From Candidatus Poribacteria bacterium (lineage in GTDB: Bacteria; Poribacteria; WGA-4E; PCPOR2b): a stretch of DNA of 64,000 nt. The stretch is taken from assembly GCA_022822005.1 (NCBI GenBank), contig JAJECO010000040.1:90-64089 (forward strand). Direction: 5' to 3'. Positions 1 through 7,811 of the stretch are shown here, in pieces. Made by a program: the position numbers and the translations under genes. The notes under the pieces are model-generated. The model was not told the origin of the DNA. It did not search any database and saw only the letters and a list, made by a program, of their open reading frames with translations. Position 1 is the stretch's first letter; every line of letters begins with the position of its first letter.

Positions 1-66
1 AAATTGGGTTCTTGGTGATACACCACAACCAATAGCAAGCACAATCAATGCTAATAGAATCCTCAT
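1..66 (-). CDS. Partial gene: lipoprotein N-terminus. Only the signal peptide is inside the window; the rest lies upstream of position 1.
   Basis: ATG at 66..64 (minus) has a GGAGGA SD 7 nt upstream. Translation MRILLALIVLAIGCGVSPRTQF contains a lipobox AIGC. The ORF is open to the window edge. Confidence 0.45.
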   Translation of the reverse strand, partial: MRILLALIVLAIGCGVSPRTQF

Positions 67-116
67 GTCTGTGTCCTCCACCCAAACCGTGCATGCGACT
101 TTTACAGCACACGGCA

Positions 117-146
117 GTCCCCCTGACAAGGGGGATTTAGGGGGTT
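117..146. repeat. Family C repeat copy: hairpin CCCCC-TGACAA-GGGGG followed by G-run ATTTAGGGGGTT.
   Basis: Same motif recurs at 7405-7580 and 37345-37465. Seen directly. Confidence 0.6.
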
Positions 147-227
147 AAAAAAAATCTCGCGCCGCGTGCTGAATTTACGTAAGCCCTGTTATAAATTGAT
201 GGTGTTGTTTTCGGTTGGTTATTATCG

Positions 228-540
228 TTGATTTGTTCAGCTTCTCGCTCCTCTAGAGCGAAAGAAACGATTGAACTCTTGCATCCCCCTATACCTATTT
301 TGACAGCGGCATATATTCCGCTCCAGCGGGGCGGTATGTCTATAGAATGGCGATATGTCCAACCCTCGCGCTCCAGAGGAGCGCAATGTGTATCAGGTAT
401 CAGCTGCAGGGGCCGCATCAAAAACCTTGGATTAGTTGATTTGTTCAGCTTTTCGCTCCAGCGGAGCGATATGTCTATAGAATAGCGATATGCCCAACCC
501 CCGCGCTCCAGAGGAGCGCAATGTGGATAACCGGAGCAAA
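228..540. repeat. Family A repeat: two tandem ~200-bp units, each holding small GC hairpins (CGCTCC-NNN-GGAGCG) followed by (A/C)ATGTG and ATATGTCTATAGAA.
   Basis: Unit starts TTGATTTGTTCAG at 228 and 436. Hairpin+ATGT modules recur at 4816-4915 and 6018-6160. Confidence 0.6.
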
Positions 541-890
541 TCACCACATCCCAAAGCGATAGGTCGCAACTTGCGTTAGGATGATAGATCGCAGGGAAAT
601 GGGGAGAGAAAAATTTGGGGCAAGGGACACCAGGCAATTTTCAACGAATTCAATTTATCCCTCTGAACTGAAACCTTTTTGAACACTGAGGTAAGTTTCA
701 TATCGCATCTCCCCCGGTTTTATTGGGATTCAAAGCAACTGGGGCTAAACAAATCAATCCAATAATGAACCCCTAATCAATCGCGTTTTACACATCACGT
801 TTCACGCCTTCCAAAATGCCTATCCCTTTCCTCTCCTCTGCGTCTTTGCGTCTTCGCGTCCTTGCGTTGAATTCTTCTCACGTTTCATGT

Positions 891-3800
891 TTAATCCGTA
901 ATACTGACCTCCGGCAAACCCTCCACAATCTCCACCGTCTCCAAACTGACCGTGATTACCTTCCCGATTAGCTTAACGATGTACTGCGGATCATCCTCGC
1001 GGTTCGGGTCGTTGACGATCCCACTCCGCTTGTCTGTCTTGACGCGATACTGATCTATCACCCATTCCAGCGCTGACCGATTCCCAAGCCGATAATCAAA
1101 CACCTTTGGGGGTATTCCGTCGAGGGTCAGGAAATCGTTGTATGTTATCCCCGTTTTGTCTTTGGACAGTCTCATCTTTTCGACACGCCAATCGAGGGGT
1201 TGTCCCGGTGTTTCGACCTTCTTGATCGGATATTCGTCCGCGTCTTCATAGCCGATGTGGATTTCTCCCAACCTTCTCCCCGCTTTGGCAAATCCCCAAA
1301 AGTCCGGTGTGTATGGCAGGTGCGGTAGGTCCCGCTTGAGGTTCGCCTGATACCGCCTCCGATAGACGGGGTGATGCAGGAGGCCATAGACATAATGGAA
1401 GATATCCCACTTGGTGATTGCCTCATCTCGGTAATGGGACCGGAATTGTGCTAACGCCCAATCGGTGATGTTCTCCCGGCGGTTTGTGCCATCTTCGTCG
1501 TAGGTGTAGAAGGGGAAACATTGATTTTTTTCAAACGCTAAATCTAAGGTAGGAATCCTGTTTGTTATAAGACAACCAAATCCTTTTCTATTACCAACAC
1601 CAGCAATACAAATTACACGATTTTCCATTTCGGTACTAGGCGTAGGAAAAATTCGATACTGTTGATAACGTTCCTCATTCCAGAAGTTATCGAAATAGAG
1701 GTATTTCTGACTGAACGGACGATACAACGCGGTGCGAAAGTGTGAATCTTCATAATTGCTCAATTCCAGTTTTTTCAATGATGCCTTAACCTGACGAGTC
1801 CATTTGATACATGGGTCATCTGTATCAATGATACTTTCAACGGGGATGTTGGGATCATGCCTTTTCCTGCGGTCAACGGTGCTGTTGTATATTTCGATAA
1901 ATGTGTGAACACGTTCTTGTAGCAACTCAAGATTAAACGAGTAAGCCAAAATATCCCTATTCGTGACAACCCCCAAAGAGTAGAGACGAAAAATCGCTTC
2001 TTTGTCTCCATCCTTCACCGCTTTTCTTGTCTTGCTGCCCATCGGGATAAAAGTCTCAAATTCCGGGTGAAGACCTTCTGTCAACCATGTGTAACGTGCG
2101 TCGGGTTGAACGGGCTGCCAATTTATATTGCTAAGGTGTTCGCGTTCACTCAGAAAATCGAATTTTTGTTTTTTGTTCCATAGATCATCAGTGCGATAGT
2201 AAAAAATACGGGTAGGAACAGAATTACCATCGTTTGTAGTAGGGCGATTTATCGCTCGTCCGGTTTTCACAAATAGGTTGATACTCACACCGACCCGTAT
2301 CCCGAACACATTGGCATCCGAGGCTTTTAATCCTTTCCGCGCATTCCCACCCAGGTCCAGAATGTAAATCGCGTCAAAGTCGCCTGCGAGGTGTTTCCGC
2401 ATCCCATCAAACGCCACATCGCCGAGAAAGCTATTGTTCGTTACAAAGGCAACAATCCCTTCTTGTCCAATGCGATCCGATGCCCACCGAATCGCCTTTA
2501 TGTATGGGTCGTAGAGTTTATTTCTGAGCGTCGCTGTGGAGTCTTTTGCATAGGTATCTTTAACCCGTGCATCCATCGTTGGATATTTCCGATTCTTATT
2601 GTTATCATTTTCGTTGATCTGGCCGGCGTTGTAAGGGGGATTGCCGATGACGACAAACATCGGGGCTTTTTTCTGGCCCGCAACGCGGCGGGTGGTTTCA
2701 GGATCAAACAACGACAACTGCCGATCTTCCGCCAACTCAAATGTATCGACGAGGCAGATCCCCTCAAATGGCTGATACCCACCCGTCGCCTCGAAAAACT
2801 CGTGTTCGATATTCAGAGACGCGATGTAGTACGGGAGCAGCATCACCTCATTGCAGTGGAGTTCGGACTGATACTTGTCGGCTAACGCAGTCTTCTGAAT
2901 CTCACGCATTATCCGCACGATAAAATTGCCGGTCCCCACAAACGGATCAATGATATGCACACCGGAATCGGAGAGCGATCGGTTGAATTCTGCCCCTAAA
3001 ATCTCCTCAACACTTCTCACCATGAAATCGACAATCGGCTGCGGCGTGTAGACGATACCGTGTGTGTCCGCAACCTCCACCGAAAAGCCTTGAAAAAACT
3101 GCTCGTAAACGGTGTTGAGAAATCCCTGCTTTTGGGAGAAGTCGCTGATCGTTCTCGCTGTGTCCTCAATGGCAATGTAGAAGCGATCGAGGCTACGGAG
3201 AAAACCGTCACGGCTAAACGACTGGGAGGTGAGCGCGTCTATCACCTTCTCAATCTCATTGGCAATAACATTGCGGCGGGTGAAGTCGGGGTTATCGAAA
3301 ACGGTGCGGAAAATCCGTTCGGTCAAGAGGTGTTGGATCAGCATCTCCTCAACCGCTGCTTCGGAGAGGTCGGGGTTGATTGACTGGCAGCACTTCTCAT
3401 GAAAAGCCCTAAAGGCAGCCGCAAACCGGCGGTTTGTCCCCCGTTCCCTTTCGATGAGTCCTACCAAGCCTTGCCCAAGCGCGGGCACCCTGTCTTTGAA
3501 CTGAGAGACCGCTTCTTCCCATTCGAGGTATGCTTGCGGACGATGGGAAAAGAAGGTTTGGAGTGTCTCGATCAGTTGCGTAGCGTCGGTTAGATCCGCC
3601 TCAAGTGCGGGTTGGTCATTCTGCCAAAGGACAGCGCGTTGTGGAGTTTGAAAGAGGATGTTGTCACGCGGGTAACCCGCCTCAAATTTGTGCTGGACTT
3701 CAACGGGTAGGTTGTCGTGGATATCCTTCGCCTCCCAATAGACGGGAGGCCGTTGGAAACGGTCGATCAACGCGCCGTCAATCACAATTCGCCTGTCTTG

Positions 3801-3983
3801 ACGGTTGATCGGATACTCGGGCACAAGGATCCAATTTAACTTTCGTCCGTAGTGTTGGAGTAGGGATTGGAACGCCGATCGGACAGCGGTTTCGTTTGTA
3901 AAGCCGCGCTGCTCAAATTGATCGAGCGCGCCGTAGTAGTCTTTGATGGGTTGATCTGTGGGTTTGAGATTAAGGACCGTCAT
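891..3983 (-). CDS. Type IIG / MmeI-family restriction-modification enzyme. Single polypeptide: N-terminal PD-ExK endonuclease, N6-adenine methyltransferase, and C-terminal target-recognition region.
   Basis: 1030 aa. N-terminus has D...EAK (VIDGALIDRFQRPPVYWEAKD) like the MmeI nuclease motif. NPPY motif present (VIGNPPYNAGQ), with the AdoMet-binding region upstream. Size matches MmeI-like enzymes. Confidence 0.75.
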   Translation of the reverse strand: MTVLNLKPTDQPIKDYYGALDQFEQRGFTNETAVRSAFQSLLQHYGRKLNWILVPEYPINRQDRRIVIDGALIDRFQRPPVYWEAKDIHDNLPVEVQHKFEAGYPRDNILFQTPQRAVLWQNDQPALEADLTDATQLIETLQTFFSHRPQAYLEWEEAVSQFKDRVPALGQGLVGLIERERGTNRRFAAAFRAFHEKCCQSINPDLSEAAVEEMLIQHLLTERIFRTVFDNPDFTRRNVIANEIEKVIDALTSQSFSRDGFLRSLDRFYIAIEDTARTISDFSQKQGFLNTVYEQFFQGFSVEVADTHGIVYTPQPIVDFMVRSVEEILGAEFNRSLSDSGVHIIDPFVGTGNFIVRIMREIQKTALADKYQSELHCNEVMLLPYYIASLNIEHEFFEATGGYQPFEGICLVDTFELAEDRQLSLFDPETTRRVAGQKKAPMFVVIGNPPYNAGQINENDNNKNRKYPTMDARVKDTYAKDSTATLRNKLYDPYIKAIRWASDRIGQEGIVAFVTNNSFLGDVAFDGMRKHLAGDFDAIYILDLGGNARKGLKASDANVFGIRVGVSINLFVKTGRAINRPTTNDGNSVPTRIFYYRTDDLWNKKQKFDFLSEREHLSNINWQPVQPDARYTWLTEGLHPEFETFIPMGSKTRKAVKDGDKEAIFRLYSLGVVTNRDILAYSFNLELLQERVHTFIEIYNSTVDRRKRHDPNIPVESIIDTDDPCIKWTRQVKASLKKLELSNYEDSHFRTALYRPFSQKYLYFDNFWNEERYQQYRIFPTPSTEMENRVICIAGVGNRKGFGCLITNRIPTLDLAFEKNQCFPFYTYDEDGTNRRENITDWALAQFRSHYRDEAITKWDIFHYVYGLLHHPVYRRRYQANLKRDLPHLPYTPDFWGFAKAGRRLGEIHIGYEDADEYPIKKVETPGQPLDWRVEKMRLSKDKTGITYNDFLTLDGIPPKVFDYRLGNRSALEWVIDQYRVKTDKRSGIVNDPNREDDPQYIVKLIGKVITVSLETVEIVEGLPEVSITD

Positions 3984-4001
3984 TCAAAAAAACTCCGTAT
4001 C

Positions 4002-4799
4002 TTATCCGACCCGTGCACTCAAGCCGCCATCAACGGGCAGAAGCACCCCTGTAATATACCGTGCATCGTCGGACGCCAGGAACGCAGCCGCAGCCGCGAC
4101 ATCCCAGCCGGAGCCCATCTTTTGAAGAAGCGGCACATCCTCGTCCCGTTCCTTACGGATAACGTCGTGGCTTACCCCTCGTTCTGCTACCCGTCGTTCA
4201 ATCGCCATCGGTGTATCCATCAGACCGGGCAAAATCGCATTCACGCGCACCCCATATTCCGCGTTTTCGATGGCGAGGTTCTGTGTCATGGCGTTGATTG
4301 CGGCCTTGCTGGTTTTGTACGCGAGCATGGTCGGTCGCGTACAGAGCGACGCTGTCGAAGAGATATTGATAATCACCCCCGATCCTTGGGCGCGCATCAC
4401 GGGCAGGACATGCTTGATGGTGAGAAACATGCCTTTGAGGTTGATATCCATCAATAGTTCCCAATTCGCCTCAGTCACATCAGCCGTGTCAGCATCACCC
4501 GCTGCGATCCCGACGTTATTATGCAAAACATCTATCCGCCCGTAGCGCGAAACACAGGTTTCGATAATTGCCCGACAATCCTCCTCAACAGTTATGTCCG
4601 CACCGAAAACTGAGGCTTCACCGTCAGTTTCTTCTATCATCCGGGCGGTATCTTCCGCTGAATCGGGTCGCTTGTCAACAAGAAGCACCCGCGCCCCCTT
4701 CTTTGCGAAACAAATCGCGGTTGCCCTGCCGTTCCCGATGGTTTCTCCCGGCGTCTGACCGGCACCAACGACGATGGCGACTTTACCACTGAGCGACAT
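4002..4799 (-). CDS. SDR family NAD(P)-dependent oxidoreductase.
   Basis: MSLSGKVAIVVGAGQTPGETIG Rossmann motif and YxxxK region. Start moved to the internal ATG at 4799, which has an AAGGAGGAG SD. Sits 18 nt upstream of the RM gene. Confidence 0.85.
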   Translation of the reverse strand: MSLSGKVAIVVGAGQTPGETIGNGRATAICFAKKGARVLLVDKRPDSAEDTARMIEETDGEASVFGADITVEEDCRAIIETCVSRYGRIDVLHNNVGIAAGDADTADVTEANWELLMDINLKGMFLTIKHVLPVMRAQGSGVIINISSTASLCTRPTMLAYKTSKAAINAMTQNLAIENAEYGVRVNAILPGLMDTPMAIERRVAERGVSHDVIRKERDEDVPLLQKMGSGWDVAAAAAFLASDDARYITGVLLPVDGGLSARVG

Positions 4800-4815
4800 A
4801 TACAGTCTCCTTCCT

Positions 4816-4915
4816 TCGCTCCAGAGAAGCGATATGTCTGTAGAATCCCAACGCGTCCAAGCCACGCGCTCCAGTTTTGAATCCCGATTTATCGGGGAGG
4901 AGCGCAATGTGTATA
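4816..4915. repeat. Family A repeat copy (hairpin + AATGTG modules). The second hairpin loop carries a nested family B CCCGAT-TTAT-CGGG hairpin.
   Basis: CGCTCCAGAGAAGCGATATGTCTGTAGAA ... GGAGCGCAATGTG. Lies 17 nt upstream of the SDR start. Confidence 0.55.
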
Positions 4916-4990
4916 ACAGATTTCAAGGCACTTGCGTCATTCCGACGCTTATGGAATCGTGGATGCGCGGTTTTAACAGTCTTAAGGTTG

Positions 4991-5611
4991 TTAAGGCTCC
5001 GTGCGGTTTGGGCCTGCCTCAGTACCAACGAACGGTGCACTCTCACCGACGGGCACCGGCACCTCAAATACATTCAGCGTCATTGACACGAGTGTGTAGT
5101 AACCGAGCAGGATCACCAACTCCGTAACCCCCGCCTCATCGAGCAGTTCAACCGCCTCATCGTATAGATGGTCTGACACACGATGTTGGTCGAGCAATTC
5201 ACGGGCAAAGTTATAGACCACCATCTCGGTTGGATTGGATAACTCTGGGGCTGTTTCCGCCTTGACGCTTTCGATTATCCGATCGTCCAAGCCTTCACTT
5301 CTTGCAATTCTCTCATGCGCCCACCATTCATACTGTGCCTTCCATTTGGCAGCAACGATCAGGATTGCGAGCTCTCGCAGCTGCGGCGGGAGGGCACTTT
5401 CAAAACGGACGGTCTCGCCGAGTCGTTGTGCTGCATCGCCCAACACCGGACTCCTGAGCCACGGATTGAATGGACCGCTCATCCCGCCTTCTGAGTTGAG
5501 GAGATCTTCGGGAGCCCGTCCCTCGCCACGCTTGCCGCCGGTTATACTTTCGAAGAGGCGTTGTTGCGCTTCGGTAAAGTTTTCGGGTGTGATGTATGAT
5601 ATTCGACTCAT
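4991..5611 (-). CDS. Carboxymuconolactone decarboxylase (AhpD-like) family protein.
   Basis: 206 aa, all-alpha. CMD-family-like core (ELAILIVAAKWKAQYEWWAHERIA), but it lacks the usual Cys pair. Confidence 0.6.
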   Translation of the reverse strand: MSRISYITPENFTEAQQRLFESITGGKRGEGRAPEDLLNSEGGMSGPFNPWLRSPVLGDAAQRLGETVRFESALPPQLRELAILIVAAKWKAQYEWWAHERIARSEGLDDRIIESVKAETAPELSNPTEMVVYNFARELLDQHRVSDHLYDEAVELLDEAGVTELVILLGYYTLVSMTLNVFEVPVPVGESAPFVGTEAGPNRTEP

Positions 5612-5852
5612 TTCTCAATTCCTTTTTGCTCACATTTATAGCACATAACCATCTGAATAATTTCGATGAACTGATGCGAAGAACGGCGGAATAACTCTAT
5701 CACGCTCCCTGTGCGGAGTCAAGCGCAAAGTGGCAAGGGCACCCGCAAGGGGTGCCCCTACAGAGATCCGTTTCTCAGTGTATCGTTCTCTAAGTTTTTC
5801 ATGGTTTCCCACCTGCATTTGTGATAACATCTGAGATGATAAAAAAATCTAA

Positions 5853-5866
5853 TGCGTAAGACCTGT
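5853..5866 (+). repeat. Solo terminal repeat of the family F MITE (TGCGTAAGACCTG).
   Basis: Matches the right TIR GTGCGTAAGTCCT of the complete elements at 17911-18067 and 61654-61804. Confidence 0.4.
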
Positions 5867-5883
5867 GCACATTTTCATAGTTT

Positions 5884-5962
5884 ATTATGGTGAATTCTAA
5901 AAATAAATAGACACTTTCACCCCCGGTAGATGCGGTTTCCAATCGCACCGGTTTGGTGTGTC
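5884..5962 (-). repeat. Family D ~85-bp intergenic element, minus orientation.
   Basis: ATTATGGTGAATTCTAAAAATAAATAGACACTTTC...CCGGTAGATGCGG... is the reverse complement of the consensus seen at 7700-7765, 41101-41182, 56078-56175 and 57626-57708. Confidence 0.65.
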
Positions 5963-6017
5963 CCATTAATTCTACGGTCCACTATAATACGAGTCACACG
6001 AAAAACGTGGGCAGCCT

Positions 6018-6160
6018 TCAGCCCCAGAGGGGCGACATGTTTATAGAACGCAAGGCAACCAAATATCCAAAGCCCCAGAGGGGCGACATGTGAAAAGTAG
6101 TAGGCATATCCCCTTAAATATCGCCTGTCCCGATCTAGCGGGGCGGAGCGCTATGTGCCA
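6018..6160. repeat. Family A-like repeat: three GC hairpins (GCCCC-AGA-GGGGC / GCGGGGCGGAGCGC), each followed by (A/C)ATGTG.
   Basis: GCCCCAGAGGGGCGACATGT appears twice, 50 bp apart. The third module is GGGGCGGAGCGCTATGTG. Confidence 0.55.
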
Positions 6161-6254
6161 ACTTGTCTGAAGCGCAGATTAACAGATTACGCCGATAAAA
6201 CGAAAGGCTCATGTTAGGGGTGAGTCTCATAGTTTATATCTGAAGGAGAACATA

Positions 6255-7313
6255 ATGAAAACTTACCGAGTGGCGATTGTGGGACTGGGGCGTATGGGCA
6301 GTACACTTGACCAGTCGATTGCGTCTGCATCGCATGCAAGCGAACGGCTTGAAGTGGTAGCAGGGGCAGAGACAATGCCAGAACGACGGACAGCGTTCCA
6401 AGAGAAATGGGGCGTTGAAACAGTTTATGAAGACTACCAAGAGATGATTGAGAAGGAGCGGCCGGATATGGTGGGGATATGTACGACAGCGACCGGTTTG
6501 CCCAAACCGGGCAATCGTGCCCCATCAACATCGTTCCGGGACGACGCACACGCGGATATGGCGGTCTATGCGGCGAATGCCGGTGTGCCAATGCTCTTTG
6601 TGGAGAAGGCGATATCCTGTTCCGTGGAAAAGGCTGATGAAGTCCTTGAAGCCTGCCGCAAACACGGTACTATACTCAACACCGGCGTACTGAGACGGTT
6701 CAGCGGACGATATAAACGGATACGGGAGATGATCGCACGGGGCGATATCGGTGAACCGCAATCAGCGGTGGTCTATGGTGCTGCCAGCTTGATGCACGTA
6801 CACATCCACTGGATGGACACCGTCTCCTACCTGCTGGGCGATCCAGAGATTGCAGCGGTACGGGGGGATCTACTGCCCAGAAGTATAAAGGTTAAAGACA
6901 ACCGACTTGAGGAAGACCCGCAGGGACTTTTTCAGATCGCCTTCGCCAACGGAATCGAGGCATGGTCAGTGCCGGACGGGGGACGGGAGTATGAGATAGT
7001 CGGAACAGAAGGGACTATCCGATCGATGTGGGATGGCGCAGCGGTAACTTTCCGGAAGCTGAATGGGGCAGATGATTGGCCCCTACAATGGGAGGGAGAG
7101 ACATTTCCAGAGGAAACTCCGGTCAGCACAGTTGTTACCTGTTTAGAAGATTTGGTAGAGTCGCATGAATCGGGACGGCAGTCAATTGGCAATATTGAGG
7201 TCACACATCCCATCACAGAGGCGTGTATCACTGTGGCGGAAAGCCATCGACAGGGCGGTCGGTGGGTTGATTTACCGATGCAGAATCGGGACTTGTATGT
7301 GTTTCATGTGTAG
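6255..7313 (+). CDS. Gfo/Idh/MocA family oxidoreductase.
   Basis: MKTYRVAIVGLGRMGS N-terminal Rossmann motif. 352 aa. GAAGGAGAA SD. Confidence 0.85.
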   Translation: MKTYRVAIVGLGRMGSTLDQSIASASHASERLEVVAGAETMPERRTAFQEKWGVETVYEDYQEMIEKERPDMVGICTTATGLPKPGNRAPSTSFRDDAHADMAVYAANAGVPMLFVEKAISCSVEKADEVLEACRKHGTILNTGVLRRFSGRYKRIREMIARGDIGEPQSAVVYGAASLMHVHIHWMDTVSYLLGDPEIAAVRGDLLPRSIKVKDNRLEEDPQGLFQIAFANGIEAWSVPDGGREYEIVGTEGTIRSMWDGAAVTFRKLNGADDWPLQWEGETFPEETPVSTVVTCLEDLVESHESGRQSIGNIEVTHPITEACITVAESHRQGGRWVDLPMQNRDLYVFHV

Positions 7314-7404
7314 AATGTGTAATTTTATAGTAAAGTTTAAAATTATGGTGAACAATATAAATATGTAGACGTTCATCAATAGTGCCCATTATCGAAGCCT
7401 CATG

Positions 7405-7580
7405 AAGTCCCCCTGAGTTTCCCAAGTCCCCCTGACAAGTGGAACATCCCGATTTATCGGGGGCGGGATTTAGGGGATTGGTTGTGCATTGAACAAGCTT
7501 CCCCCCTGACAAGTCCCGATTTATCATTTCCCCCTGACAAGGGGGGCTAGGGGGGTTGGGGATTTAGGGGGTTGGTTGTG
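7405..7580. repeat. Family C composite: three CCCCCTGACAAG(T/G)GGGG hairpins with G-runs (GGGGATTTAGGGGGTTGG), interleaved with family B CCCGATTTATCGGG hairpins.
   Basis: Read directly. Same modules at 117-146 and 37345-37465. Confidence 0.6.
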
Positions 7581-7583
7581 TAT

Positions 7584-7765
7584 CGAAAGTGTATAAGTAA
7601 TTATAGAATTTACCATAATTGGACCCTCTGTACCGGCGAGGTTTCCTAATCGCACCGCATCCCGATGAATCGGGATAAATCGGGATCCCGACCTGTCGGG
7701 AGAAACAGCGCCTACCAAACATGGGGGGACAAGAGTGTTTATTTATTTTTAGAATTCACCATAAT
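7584..7765 (+). repeat. Family D composite. A 3'-end fragment (7584-7619) plus a full-length-like copy (7700-7765) ending TTTTTAGAATTCACCATAAT, with family B hairpin clusters between them.
   Basis: CGAAAGTGTATAAGTAATTATAGAATTTACCATAAT and AGAGTGTTTATTTATTTTTAGAATTCACCATAAT both match the D 3' end. Confidence 0.6.
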
Positions 7766-7811
7766 ATGAATTAACCCCCGATGCTGAACAACCATGAATC
7801 GGAGAAACAGT

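Noticed and set aside
228-540. Tandem ~200-bp units with internal palindromes could superficially look like a CRISPR array.
   Set aside because: Only two units. No unique spacers between identical short repeats. No cas genes in the window. Units are themselves mosaics of hairpin modules found dispersed elsewhere.
137-637. ORF-track entries 137..637(-) and 228..485(+) lying over the family A/C repeats.
   Set aside because: They are translations of repetitive palindromic DNA (low-complexity peptides, no SD, overlap each other). Treated as spurious.
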